DNA of 64,000 nucleotides from Phallusia mammillata. Taxonomy: Eukaryota. The stretch spans positions 20,646,001 through 20,710,000 of the forward strand of contig OZ281500.1 of NCBI GenBank assembly GCA_965637545.1, in the 5' to 3' direction. Of the stretch, positions 24,623 to 37,983 are shown in pieces (positions within the stretch are counted from its first letter, which is position 1; each line of letters opens with the position of its first letter). Under the pieces are notes generated by a model, which ran no database searches, had not been told where the DNA came from, and saw nothing but the letters and a program-made list of their open reading frames with translations. Both the position numbers and the translations under genes were made by a program.

Positions 24623-26374
24623 TTTAGTGCTACTGTTATACGCTAAACAACATAAAAAATCAAGTCAAAGGCTTCTAAAGTAAAATTTCTTTGTCTAACT
24701 GCGCAAGTTGGCTACATGCTTGCAACTGTACTACTGTTGAGTGTTGACCAAGTGCCGAACATGTTTTATAGCGCCAGTTCCGCATTGCGAAGAGCTGTAA
24801 AGTGCACTTGACATTCTAGAGTGTGGAGTATGCTTATGCCGCCTACAAAAACCACCAGTCTCTTGAATCGCCTTGTTGCCTTTTTCCAAGTTCGAAACAC
24901 GCGCCTACGCATACTGGCATTGGGAAATTTCAATTGCTGTTTTCCAATGACTTGACTTCTATTAAAAGTCTGCACAAGCGCCAACAACCCGTACTGCTGC
25001 CAAAAATCACTGAGACGTTCTTATGCGGTAAAAAAACTTTATTAATATCTAACCAACCTAGTTAATAAAAGGTATGCGTATTGTTGGTTTTACAACCCAC
25101 TGTGTTTGCTTTGCTATTCTCCTCCCACATTAGGGCTTTTTCAGCACGAGGTATTAAACCAGCCAAAGTTCTGACGCAAGCACTGTACCGCGATATGTGC
25201 CAAAACATGTTTTCCAAGTTGTCGTTGGTCTTGTTTAACCTTGTTGATTTGAAATGAAAATAATTTGATGTTGAACCACTATGTGTCACTGACAGGTGTT
25301 GACTTACTTTTATGTTGCAATAAAAAAAGATGAATATTTGCTGACATGCTGACTTTTAAACCAATTCACTCACTTGATCTAAAACGAATGAATTAACCAT
25401 TTCTTCGAGTTTTGAATATCTTTCCAGCGGCTATTTCAGAGCAGAACTGGCATGGTAAGTTAGCAGAATAGGATTATATCTCTGTTACGAACCCTTACAT
25501 TCTTCACAACAAGCACTCTTACTCATGTATATAGTTCCTTTTGTGTTCTGTTATGCGTAAAAATCACAACATAAAGACGAGGTTTTCAGGTTACCGTACA
25601 ACCAACCACAGCAGCATGCTACCTGCCCCGCCCTTACGCTAACATTCGTTTCGCGGTGGAAAATGTTGGGGTTCTTCCATCCCCATGACGATTGAACGGA
25701 AATTTTGTATTTTTTCGTTTGACTTACCGTTAGCGCAACCCAACTCGCCTTGTCTTTGACGGTCAAATTGTTTATTTTTCAATGATACGTAACCTGACGC
25801 ACCCCAAATTCCAGTTTCCTTTCACGCAATGACGTATTTTCGACAATCCCAAGCAGGTGGAAATTCTTCAAAGACCAATTTCAGGGTTGTTTTGAATTAT
25901 TACATCAACCTTCTACCGTGGATAATTGATTTTGATGGGTGAGAATTGAAAATTAATTTTAGCACAGAAAAACATAAGGCAGTTAAGGCCCATTGTCTTG
26001 TACTTTAAACTTTGCCACACATGTTATATTGCTGTTTTACATTTTGCAAAGTCAGTGATTACCAAACTTGTTCTATTAGTGTACAGCTTTAAGGTACAAT
26101 GCACAATATATAATCCAAAAAATCATGCTAATTTTTAGTTTTTAATTAACAAGCTAAGTAAGTGACCTGTAAGGTCACTGTTATTTTGCGGATACTACAG
26201 TTTGCAAACCAGTGAGTAAAGTCAATAAGCCATTCCTTTTTTTAAAGCTTACTGGTTTAAACAGACGCTAGTTAAACTAACATGCTGGTTTTAATTGTGG
26301 GGAATACACAGCGTGCGTGTAGGATATATTGACAGGAGGAACTAAAGGTTTGCACAATAAACGTTGTTATGCGT

Positions 26375-26454
26375 GGGAATACCTCAAACGGAAATTCCCA
26401 TTTACGTGACTTCGTGTGTGTAGATAAGAGGTAAAAATCCTCTCAGAATTTCCC
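26375..26454. promoter_or_regulatory. Cluster of NF-kB-like motifs between IAP-3 and IAP-2
   Basis: GGGAATTTCC on the minus strand (26390-26399), GGGAAATTCT on the minus strand (26445-26454), and partial GGGAATACCT (26375). Confidence 0.35.
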
Positions 26455-27087
26455 TAACCTTCATATCTGTTCACGGTTTGCATGAGTATTGTTCTAAATA
26501 TTGCTACATTTTTTCATCCACTCTGGATTTAAACGTGTCGATTGTTTTTAATAGTGTAGTTTTGGAATCACGTGTGTTGTCAAAACGATTCAACGATTTC
26601 TTAGTTTGATTATTTAAACACTAAAAACGACAAAAATAGGAAGATTTTTTTGCATGGCATTAGGATAATTGAGAATAAATTGGGCAACGCACGCAAAATC
26701 ATTACAACAGTAACACAAATGTTATTGTTTCGATAGAAAATGCTCATTTTGTGATTACCTTGATTGACACCGTTAACAATCATGCACAAATAGGACCATT
26801 TTATGCTTTGCATAAATAATAGAAAATCATAAATTCATCTTTTAAGATGCGCTGGCAGGAACGATAAAAACACACTATGATTCGCTTAACGAAAATATAT
26901 CATTACAATTCGATGTAATTGAAATAAAGCATCATAAAATAGTGCACAAAATGTAAATAGACTTTCACAAAGCACATTGCAAAAAAAATATTACAAAACA
27001 TATCGTACAGTCTAAGTAGCGTGTGTATGTGATAATGTACTTGTATAAATAGCAATAGCAATAAATTAAATCAAACAACGCATGCAT

Positions 27088-29341
27088 TTACACGATATAT
27101 GAAGCTATAGTTTCATCAACTCGACTTTTGCACATTGGACATGTAGTGACGTCAGCTCCACACCTTCGGCAACAAGCAATGTGACCACACGGAAGTAGGA
27201 CAACAGAAGCTTTCTCCTGGTGACATTTCTTGCATTGACGTTCTTCTTCCAGTCGGTAAAGTTGTTCTGCAACGGGACTAATTCTCGATGGGCCACTGGA
27301 GGCAGCAGAGGATGGGTTTAGTTGAGTAGCTGGCTCTTGGCCCTCTGGTGCCTCGTTGGGATGCGCCAATATGTCGTCTATTAGTTGTTCTGCCGTTGTT
27401 ATTTTACAATGTTCCCCGCGAAAGTTACTGCAAATGCAAAATTTTGAATTGACAGCAAATATGGTTTTCTGTATATCAAACCTGGTGTTTCACCACTGTA
27501 TACCTTTCTATGGCAAGGCGAATCTCCGGAAAACCGAAACCTATTTTCACTGCTTCTTTAACAAATTCGGATGAACTCATGAATTTATCCACTTTTTCCT
27601 TCAGCTTTCGTTGTTCCTCTCTAGGGTCGACGATTTGGACTCGACTTGAAGACGAACGCCTGTAAATACCATTAAAGATTAACCGTCTTCGACTGTACAA
27701 TGGTAGAGAAAAAATCCTTACTGTAGTCCAGAGACGGCCGGTTGCAATGTGGGTCCACTGCGTGGGGTTGGACGGTTTAAATTTGGATATTGGGCGACGA
27801 CGTTGTGTACGAATTCGACTCCTTTCTTTTGTAACAAATATTCACACCTAAAAAATGTTGGTATTTATGAGACTGAATATGTTCAAGAGAAAAAATGAAC
27901 TTACGAAGGAAACCACTTTGCGTGTTCAAACCACGGTTCGTCATTTGGGCGCCAGTTTTGCAGACCTCCATTACAGTACCAGCATTTAACTCTATCTGAT
28001 GATCCTGCACAAAAATACACATTGTCATTCCAATTTCGTTTGCACCTTACTACATTGTTGTAAGCAAGTGGTGAAAACAAGACGTTGGGTAAAATACAAT
28101 ACCTAAATAGTAGAGTCCGGCCTCGGCGAACTGTTGAAAACTTGCATTGATTCGGTCTGAGGGCCAGTTGTGACGATTTCCTGTAAACGTGCTCAGTCGG
28201 TCGCTTTCCCTCTTCATGTGACTGTTTACGGGGTCGAGACAGGGAAATAGAGACTCTCGCGCACTGTTAGTGGAGGTCTCGTTGTTTCTCGAAGCCGCTG
28301 GGTCGTCCCGTGAGCGTTCTACAGCACGTGTAGAAGCTACAACACTTGGGGGAGGTGTAGGAAGTGCAGGCTGTGGGGAAGATACTCTGGCAGTTTGTAT
28401 GTGTGCCCGATTGGGTCCATGCATCAAAGCAAGTCCTGCTGGTATTCTGTGTTCCTCATTTTCACTGTGGCGCTGCCTTGTTGCTAATGTTGGCGATAAA
28501 CTTGAGTGACCTGAGCAGATTTAGAATATATAAATTCTTCTGTTTGTATGTTATACATCAGTTTTTTAATACATACATATGGGAATATTTCTAGGCTCCC
28601 TGCCTGAGAGGAACTCACAATCATCATTATGCCAGTTTTGTGATGAAGGGTCGTCATTTAGCGTCCAGTCTTGAACGCTTCCTCCACAGCTAAGAAAGAA
28701 TGTTAAGTAAAAGCACGAGTAATAGTCTTACAAAGGCGGGAAATAACGGCTAAATAGGAGGAAGGCGCTACGCAACATTCATTTACTAAATGAAACACAA
28801 TACAACAGGAAAGAGAAGTGAAACACCGCACAGTTTACTGCACACAACGAAACTAAGTAACTAGTTGATAAAGTTTAAACGCGTAACAGTTCTTTAAGGC
28901 GATAAGATCCATATTATCCCTAATATATGGAAGTTTACGGATATTAAATGTATGAAACTTAAACCACCTAAACGAATTTGCAATTTTGGCCTATATTCAA
29001 GCTATGCATAACATACCTGAAGCATTTTACTCGGTCTTTGTAACCAGTGTAGTAAAATCCGTGAAGAGCGAGTACTCGTGGGTCGACAGGGGAGTAGTTT
29101 GGAAACTTTGCAAAAGTGCCAAGTCGATATGTTTCCCGCTCTGTGTCACCTGCACAAAACATGCCAATTTAGTTATTCTACACTTTGCATTCCTGCCCAA
29201 CTTTCAGTTACTAAGAAGAATAATGCCTAGCCTACCATGCTGCAAAGTACGAAACTTACCTGGTAAAATGTACGAACTACGTTGTCCTGGTGGGTCCCTG
29301 CCAGGCAAAACTGACCTACCATCAAACTCAAGCATTGCCAT
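27088..29341 (-). CDS. IAP-3: BIR-BIR-UBA-RING (8 exons, intact)
   Basis: Exon 1 (29260-29341) MAMLEFDGR...; BIR1 [14 protein letters not shown]|CGGSVQDW...WHNDDC; BIR2 AGLYYLG|[33 protein letters not shown]|CEYL; UBA KIGFGFPEIRLAIER; RING CKKC...CGH...CPMC...SYIV*. All splice phases are compatible. Confidence 0.92.
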
Positions 29342-32004
29342 TCGACTCAACGATTAAATCACGCTGAACAAATTCGCAAGATATAATTTACTTCAGTACG
29401 GTATGAATGATATCCAAAGTGTGACAATGCTAATATACTTAAGCCTGGGGCAGCACCAGTTTCTAGATGCGCCTAGCGCTTTTTTCAAATTTGAACAAAA
29501 CTGTTGACAACCACCGCCATTGGCTACGTGCGGGGATCGACATAGGTGCTTACTCAAGCGAAACAAAACAAGGTTTGAATCAAACTCGCATCACGCAGTC
29601 AATATTTACTCGTTTTTCTCTTGACACGCTGCAAAGCTGCCTTAAACAAGATTTTTGCCTTTGACTAGTCCACTGGTTTGTGATCTTTTCAATTGTATTC
29701 AAGTATAATGTTGCTTACAGTTGCAATTTTATGTTCATTTTGATCTAGTTCTGTGGAACAAAACCATAATTAAAAAAATAACTGGCTTAAAAAGCTATTT
29801 GCATTAGTCCTTTGTAGTCTGTATTTACATTCTTTAAAATGCTTTTCAACGTATGTGCGTTTGGACGGTGAACTATATACGTCACATGGTAAACAACAGC
29901 ATTGAACGGCGCTCGAAAAAAGTCTAGACGAGACCAGACTCGACCAGCAGTCTCAAATTCCAAAGCCGAACAACAACACCAATGTAACCACGTTTACTCT
30001 TACCTGCTGTATAGGTACAAAGTGTAAAGATGTTTTCGATTTAACAACAAACTGTGGGAAATGCATTATGTTTTTAGTACCTATAATCCAGCATCTTTAC
30101 CTACATCATCCAGCAATACTTCATATGTTACGTTCAACACTGGTAACGCATTTGCCACATTACTTAGTCACACTGTGACAAGGTGTCTACAGCAAATTAT
30201 TGTAATATCCGGTTCCGCTCATCACTGCATTACCTCTTGTGACGAGTTTCAAAACAATACACCGTACAACGGTGGTACTATAGGTGGTTCCTCACTTTCT
30301 GACGCACTTGCTGGGACAGGTGAACAACAAATGCCTTGTTGAGCCCTCGAGTTTCTGTCAAAGCGGACCATTCAAGGGTAAACCAACAAAACAATCTCGT
30401 TTGGTGCGTCACTGCAGTTAATATCAGAACCCATATTTTTTTACGCTTTTGTTTTTACAGGTAAACAATATTTGCCTTCCTCCTAAAAGCTTTAATATTT
30501 ATCACTGCAGGATTTAAGAACACAATGAAGACTCTTTGTAATTAATGTCAAATATAAACGACATGATGTATGTTTACGGATTGTGAGTTCTTTGGACGAA
30601 TGACATCATACTTTGTGTTGACTGATCATACACATAGGCCTAGCTGGCGACTAGTGAAAGCGTCTACTTTCCTACTAATCCATATTTTGAACATACTGTT
30701 GTTAAAAGCCTACAAAAACTATACCATTATAGCTGAGTAACTGCTTTGGTTGAATATTATGTAGTGGGTAAAAACGGCATTGACTATAGTGCTTTCCACT
30801 CACGCAACAATATTGGTGCAACATGCATCACATGTGTTTCCGTGTTAGAAATAACATATTAGTTACAAAATCCCTGAACCAACAATAAAGTGTTGTTTTC
30901 AACGGTCAAAGGGTTGGTGATTTCAATTGAATCTCTTCAATTAAAAAAACTTTCAGGCATGTTTGCAAAATAACGTTTGGAGCAAGTTTGTAGTTATTGT
31001 TACAAAACAAAGCAATATATAGTCTATCTACATCTACGTGGTAGTTTTGAAGTTATAAACCAGATTACAAATAATTTTATGCGCCCCGACTTCGAAACAG
31101 GGACAAAAGTAAAGCATAATTCACCCAGGGCCCCTTAAAATGTCGTGGCACTTAGATGCATATTTTTAGGAAAACAAAGGTATAATTTTGTTTGTTTGTT
31201 ATATTCCGTCCCTTACTCCGAAACACAGATGCTTTTCATGCTATCATCAAAGTATGATGTAATGCAAATTACCGATTCCTAAAACCTTATCATGTCAAAA
31301 CAAAACTATGAAACTACGGCGTAATATTTGTCAAAAGCTCGATTGTTGTAAGTACATCACACGTATTGCAGCTGTTTGCACAGTGCGATGAACAAACACA
31401 TAAAGCCACTAGTGAGACATTTACCTGTAAATACAACTACACAAAAATGCCGATTTCGCATCGAGTTCAGTTTGTGGTTTACCGGTCTTTCACAGTTCAG
31501 AACAGTATTGCACAGTCTATAACGCAAAGTTGTGTTAAACTCAGTGCAACCGGAAGGTAACACATTGTGGCGCAAAACGCAACTACTATACAAGTCAACC
31601 AGGTAATTTTAGCGTGGAAGTTTATAAGGACAGCAACTTATTACAACACATACGCACATAAGTTGAAACTTTGTCATACGCGTTGACTTGATCTGGTTCG
31701 TAGTCACCTTTGCGGTGCAGCTGCAGGCCGTTCAATTATTATTCACCCATCACCGTTTTGCGCTTTACAATGTTTTAGCGTTGCGCAGCTATTTCCGGCT
31801 TGACGGTTGTTTCAGTGCTATTGTCTCGTTATGTTTACCAAGCAAAATAAACTCATCTCATCTCAAAGTCGATTGTCATGGAACAAAACAAACGCACTAA
31901 TTAGAGAGCTGTCAAAAATATAAGTTTATGTACTGATTGTAATTTATTGGTACTTTTTTCACGGTCATTTGTTATGCCTGTACATAGAAACAACAATTAA
32001 AAAA

Positions 32005-33925
32005 TGACCGTAAGCGCCGCTGTTTGGCAATTTAGTTCGCTTTGTCCAATACTCTAGGTGGCTCCAAAGGTCATCTTGGCCGAATGGTCTGGCGCGCCTG
32101 ACCCATATACATACATAAAAAAAAACTTGATCGGGATTCGTCCCCGGGAGTGTCCTGGGTTCGAACCCCGTGAAAAAAATATATATATAAGATGTGTAGT
32201 TCGGCATTGCGCTGATTGTTTGTGTGATGTTAAACAATAGTTTGCTGATATAAAGCCGGTAATAAAACAAATCTCGTTCCTGTATTATTCGGTTTATCCT
32301 TAGTGAAGTTAAGGTATATAGGATTCATTTACACAAAAAATATTTTTGTAATATAATACCAAACTTACACTTAAATTAAAAAATTAGTTATTGCAACTAC
32401 AGTAATTCCCAATAAAATACTCGAAAACAGTTTCACTGCATACTTCGTTTTTCAAAGTGAGAAAGTGGGAAAATGTTCACACCCAACTGTTACTGGGCAC
32501 ACGTGAAGATTTCACATTTCTAACACAACTTAACTCTGGAAAAGTTTTACCAAACGCGCTATCTTTAACTAAATAAAGTAAGCTTAACCAACCCAAACCA
32601 CCATTGTAGCGGGATCACCGCCCCTAACTTGGTAAACACCAGGTCACCCTGCACTAACGGCTTAGCGCTGAAGCCAAAGTTGATATGGTCACACCGAACA
32701 GGGCCTAAACTAAAACACCTTTAACAAATATGCAAATACAATAACGCTGGATTAAGGCAGAGCGACTTTCAAGTTTTCAATACATCACAACAGAATACAA
32801 CGCTAACACGTTTTTCAACCCCACTCAGAACACTGTGAACAACACGATGCCCAAGCGAGAACTGCCTCAAATCTAACACAAAGCATGCAGCGTTGCCGAA
32901 TTGTTTCGGCAGGCCTGATAAATCGTTCTTATACACCAAGCCTGCATACCTAATTCGTAACTCCCGCACACTGGTTTAGCTTGTGGGCGCTGATTATATT
33001 TAAAACAATGTAAAATCAGAACGTTACACCAAGCACGTGGCAACCCACCACCAATACTGGACACCAACACCAACACGTTTCACGGCGCCCAAAGAAAAAG
33101 CCATATCGTCGACTAGCGACGCTCTTCACATTCCAACGCAATCAACGCTTTACAAACCAATCACCCCTAAGGGAAAGCAGCAAAGGTGTCATACCAACTA
33201 AACGTAACTAAGGTGCCACAACGAAGAAGAATGAAAACAATAAGTGACGGTGACAAAACCACCAAGCCGCTACCACTTTTTTCAACCGCACTGATCTTGG
33301 CGGCCATTTACAATGTGCAAGCACGACACGTCGACGCCCAAATCATTGGTGCGAGACAGCAGTTGACTAGGCAAGCGCATGTAGCGGTACATGAGAACGT
33401 GTCATCACAAAAAATGAAATTCAAATACAAACAAATGTAAAGTTAAATATAGACAAAAGTGTGCGTGTAATAACAATAGTAAATAATATTATGTGAAAAC
33501 AGGTTACATATAAACAAAGAGTGTGAGAAATCAATAGAAATACAACCGTAAAAAAATAAATCGAGGAACCTTTGAAAACATTAACTATTACAAGTGCATA
33601 GATAAGACGAAGTAGATTTAATAACCAAAAGGAAACTAAATAAATAACAGTGATGTTGTGCAATAAAACAAAGAGATTAGCATTGTGTGTACGCGCTCAT
33701 TACAAAAGAAACAATAGTTCCAAACAAGTTATTACCAGCGCAACGTTTTTAAGGCAAACTCTAGCAAGACGGATTCGAGACTCCAAAAAAGTCGCTGGAG
33801 TCAAGTCTTGGTATTGTAATGGTGGTCTTCAGAATTGGGACAGAAATGATGATCCATGGTTTGAACACGCGAAATGGTTTCCAAAGGTTTCCCAACCTTA
33901 ACCGACCAACATCATTTAATGTAAC
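32005..33925 (+). pseudogene. IAP-5-like relic: promoter and intron remnants plus fused BIR fragment
   Basis: Segments resemble 39076-39300 and 40636-40690. 33800-33920 reads [29 protein letters not shown] (first Zn Cys changed to Ser), directly followed by FPNLNRPT in another frame. No BIR1 or RING exons found. Confidence 0.75.
32069..32172 (+). other. tRNA-derived (Pol III A/B-box) element, possible SINE head or tRNA pseudogene
   Basis: A-box-like TGGCCGAATGG (32077) and B-box GGGTTCGAACCCC (32157); related copies at 36791-36848 (partial) and 38958-39060 (inverted). Confidence 0.5.
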
Positions 33926-34231
33926 CATTGTGCAACAATGAGAAGATTTTCGGCATGTGTTCGAATGCAAAGAGCAGATCATAAAGTGTAATTTGTCGAT
34001 CTTTGTCGTCACCTAGCGATTTTCTCAATGACAGTTTGTTTATCACGTAAAAGCTGGTCACGCTGGATTGTATTGGGTAAACCTTTGTACATGGAATAGT
34101 GCTAAGCCCGAATCACAGTGATGTTATAGCAAAACTTGACATGTGTAAAAAGTTACGATTTGATAAATATGCTGCCGTAGCCATTAATCAATTTCTTAAG
34201 TATAAAATAGTATTTTGCTCATTCCATTAAT

Positions 34232-36623
34232 TCAGAACAAGCAAAATATTGTTTCTTCAACAGGACTTTTGCACAATGGACAGGTAGTGACGTCAGCTCC
34301 ACACCTTGGACAACACACAATGTGACCACACGGAAGTAGGACATCAGAAGCTCTTTCCTGGTGACATTTCTTGCATTGACGTTCTTCTTCCAGTCGTTGA
34401 AGTTGTTCTGCAACGGGACTGATTTTCGAGGAGCCGCTGGAGGCAGAAGAGGGTGGGTTTAGTTGATTCCCGGGATCTTGGACCTCTGTTTTGTTGGGGT
34501 GCGCCAATATGTCGTCTGTAAGTTGTGCTAAAGTTGTTATCTGACAATGTTCGCCGTTAAAGTTTCTGAAAAATAAAAAGTGTTTGACATTATTATCTTT
34601 TGGTTTGCAAGCGACTTTCTGTATTACATACCTTAGAATAGCGAGCCGAATGTCCGCAAAACTGAAACCCATTTCAGATGCTTCCTTTGCAAGCTTGGAT
34701 GAACTTAGAAACTGATCAACTTTTTCCTTAAGCTTTCGTTGTTGCTCTCTAGGGTCAAAGATTTCGACTGCACCTCCTAAGTCGTTTTCAGATGACAGGT
34801 GCCTACAAAAAACGGTTTGTTAGCAGTTCGGTCCGCGCAATAATATTCAGCCAACGTCCTTACTGAGGTCCACAGACAACTTCATGCGTGGGTCGACGTC
34901 TTTCCCTCTGCATGTGACTGTTGACAGGGTCGAGACCAGGGAACAACGACTCGCGCGCACCGCTAGTGGAAGTCTCGTTGTAGTTAAAAAACGACGGTTC
35001 GTGGAAAAACGCGCGAGGTGATAAAGCTACATCACTTTGTGGAGGAAAAGAAACAGAGAGTTGTGGAGCAGATACTCCAGCGAACGACAAACGTTGTTGA
35101 CCTGCGTAGATATAGGAGATATAAGCTACTGTTCGTAAGTAACGCAAACAGTTTTGATTATAGTTACTTACGTAATGGAATATTTCTAGGCTCCCTGCCT
35201 GAGAAGAATTCACAGTCATCATTATGCCAGTTTTGTGATGACGGGTTGTCATTTAGAGTCCAGTCCTGTACACTTTCTCCACAGCTAAGAAACAAAGGTA
35301 ATCAAAACACGAGAAATAAAATAACTTCAAAAAATAACGCTATAATATGAACAAATAGCTACACAAAATGCGGGCAAATAAGTTTTAAATAATTAAATTA
35401 TTAATAAACTCATTAGATCGACGGGAATCCTGAAACACTAATGGGTAATGAGATTAAAGCGCAAAAAATAGATAGTCCTTAAAACTAAAGTTTTGAGTGA
35501 CAAACGAAATTCAGCTGCAGCAGTCGCTGTCCAAAGTTAAATAATCCAGTTTTAAACTTCAACAGTTTGGAAGAATGATATTTGCAGGTGATTGAAGGCC
35601 TTCAACCAAGGTACACAAACACACCCAAAGCATTTTACTCGATCTTTGTATCCAGTGTAGTAAAATCCGTGAAAATCCAGTGCTCGTCGTTGTTTACACA
35701 ATAAAATGCGACATGCGTAAACACAATGCGACAGGAAACAGAAGTGAAATACCGTGAAGTTTATCAACAAGAACTAAACTTACTAATTAACTAACTTAGT
35801 CCTGTATGTTAAAACGCGTAACTTAACAGTCTTTAAAGGCGACAAGATATAAAAGTTTTTGAATCTACCTTGGTTTCAGAATACTAAATGTTTAAAACTT
35901 AAACCACCTAAATCGTACAAAAAATACATTTGCAACTTTGGCCCTTAATCAAATTGCACAACGTACCTAAAGCATTTTACTCGGTCTTGGTATCCTGTGT
36001 AGTAAAATCCGTCAAGAGCGAGTGCTCGTGGGTCGACGGGGGCGTAGTTAGGAAACTTTGCAAAAGTGCCAAGTCGATACGTTTCCTGCTCTGTGTCACC
36101 TGGACAAAAACATATCGGCTATTAGTTACTCTACAAATATTGTTTATGAAAACTGACATAACATCATACTCAGTGGTAGGATTCAATTTTTTTTGTCATG
36201 CTAACCGGTTCCCTGATTTCATAAATTTCGTGAGACGATTCTATGAAACCGGTGCAAACCGTCTGAATCCCACCACTGATCATACTCTATGTCCAGCATT
36301 ACTATGAATACTACCAAATATATCTTATTTAGCAAAATATTAATATATACTCTAATCAATGTGTTAATGAAATCGAAAACAACATGCTAACGCTAAACTG
36401 ACGTATATGTGTAGTAGTTTATGCGTTTTTTAAGCATAAAAAAGCATGCAAATTCATTAGTGCAAAAACAAAAATCGTTTTACAGTTATATTGTCGTCCA
36501 TGTTTGTCAACATTTAATGGTTTTTGTTGTGAGGTTTTTTCCTGGCGGAATATAAGCACTGTGTTCACTTGGTGGGTCTCCTCCACATCCAACAACCCTA
36601 CCATTTACTTCGATATTCACCAT
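34232..36623 (-). CDS. IAP-4: BIR1-UBA-RING, second BIR deleted in frame; exon-1 donor mutated (possible pseudogene)
   Basis: Exon 1 (36542-36623) MVNIEVNGR...YIPPG is followed by GA instead of GT. BIR1 exons at ~35967-36100 and ~35170-35285 are intact. The linker reads NSHMQRE-RRRPTHEVVCGPQ| directly into the UBA exon. RING ends IFCLF*. Confidence 0.7.
36171..36278. mobile_element. hAT-type MITE in IAP-4 intron 1
   Basis: TIRs CAGTGGTAGGATTCA / TGAATCCCACCACTG; perfect 8-bp TSD atcatact. Confidence 0.88.
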
Positions 36624-36790
36624 TGAACAGCTTTATATGTGTAGATAAAACACCTGTGTACTTCTCGCTATACGCTAACAACAGAAACTCCGAATTCTTC
36701 TAAACTCACTCTTCTCTCGCTGCGTTAAGGTTCGTTTCTATATCATCACGCACACTAAAAGAGCCCTCGCATTTATAGCTATACTGCGGC

Positions 36791-36848
36791 AAAAAAACCT
36801 GATGGGGATTCGTCCCCGGGAGTGTCCTGAGTTCGAACTCCGTGAAAA
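36791..36848 (+). other. Partial tRNA-like element (3' half with B-box) in the IAP-4 promoter
   Basis: GGGGATTCGTCCCCGGGAGTGTCCTGAGTTCGAACTCCGTGAAAA, nearly identical to 32130-32176. Confidence 0.5.
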
Positions 36849-37540
36849 TAGGGAAAGGTCACGTGCTGTTTCAAAAGAACCGCGATACCGTGGGAAAAAT
36901 TGTGCCGGGAGGTATGGTTGTGTGGTGTGGTATGATTGGGTTGTCGCTTGCAAACTATCTTTTATGCATTGGCTGCAGCTACAATAACAACTTGTTAATT
37001 AAATCAAAATAAAATTATATACAACTAAAATACATGTGTCAAACTTGATTTGAAGGTTTTTTTTCCAACTAAAGAAATTATGCTGTGTATGAATTCATAG
37101 GGCAACATTATACAGCACAAAAGCGTGTTCGTTTCTCTTTCTATTCTCTTTCGGTGACTGACGTAAAACGTTTGCCTGGAAATGCTGCACACGATACGTT
37201 GTCTGCATTGGTAAATATTTTGAGCGTTTGTTAAAACTACTTGTCTATGCCAGTGGTAAATATTTAAGCGTTTAAAGGTTTGTTGCTGGTTGACCGCATA
37301 GGATGAAATCATAAGAGCCAACATTACGTCATGCAGGGATTACAAACTTCAATGTTGCAAATAGTTCGAGTCGAAGAAAACGTTTGAATTTAAATGTGTA
37401 ATCAATAAAATAAAATATGGTCAGCATTAAACGACGAGAACTGTATATGTAACATAAACAATTGTTCTAAATGAAAAATATAACATACGACAAAAAAGAA
37501 AATATGGGTTAAGATATATAAACAAGCATACTCAGTAGAC

Positions 37541-37787
37541 CAGTGGTCGGCAACCGCCGGTCCGCGGCCCGGTACCGGTCCGCGAGGAGTTCGTTACCGG
37601 GCCGTATAATTTTTCAGGTTAAATGCTATACAACATTGTTTCCATGTATCCCGGGGATGATAAACTATGTCGCAACCGCTACAAACTAATTTAAGCGTTT
37701 TTATTGCTAAATATTTGTAGTTTTTTTGAAGACCGGTCCGCGATAAAATTTCACGGTCCGCAGTGCCATAAAGGTTGCCGACCCCTG
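37541..37787. mobile_element. Buster/Charlie-type hAT MITE
   Basis: TIRs CAGTGGTCGGCAACC / GGTTGCCGACCCCTG; perfect TSD cagtagac; empty paralogous site at 50245-50252. Confidence 0.9.
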
Positions 37788-37983
37788 CAGTAGACAGTCA
37801 AGGCGGCAAAGATTTACATGAATGATAAAAGTAACGTCGTTTTTTTGAAAAAAGCAAACAAATTCAGCTGTATAGAACTTAATATAATAAAAATGTTTCG
37901 ATGAATGATTTTTTTAAACTTGGCAACAAAATTACGAAAAATGTGCATTTCCGTGAACTCCCCTGTTTCCGCGTTTTTCAGGT

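Noticed and set aside
24760-25780. Small ORFs and splice-like signals between IAP-2 and IAP-3
   Set aside because: No consistent model on either strand. An ECGVCL RING-like word is closed by a stop. These may be IAP-2 5'UTR exons.
30061-30342. 93-aa plus-strand ORF upstream of IAP-3
   Set aside because: No recognisable motif or splice context; within the length expected by chance.
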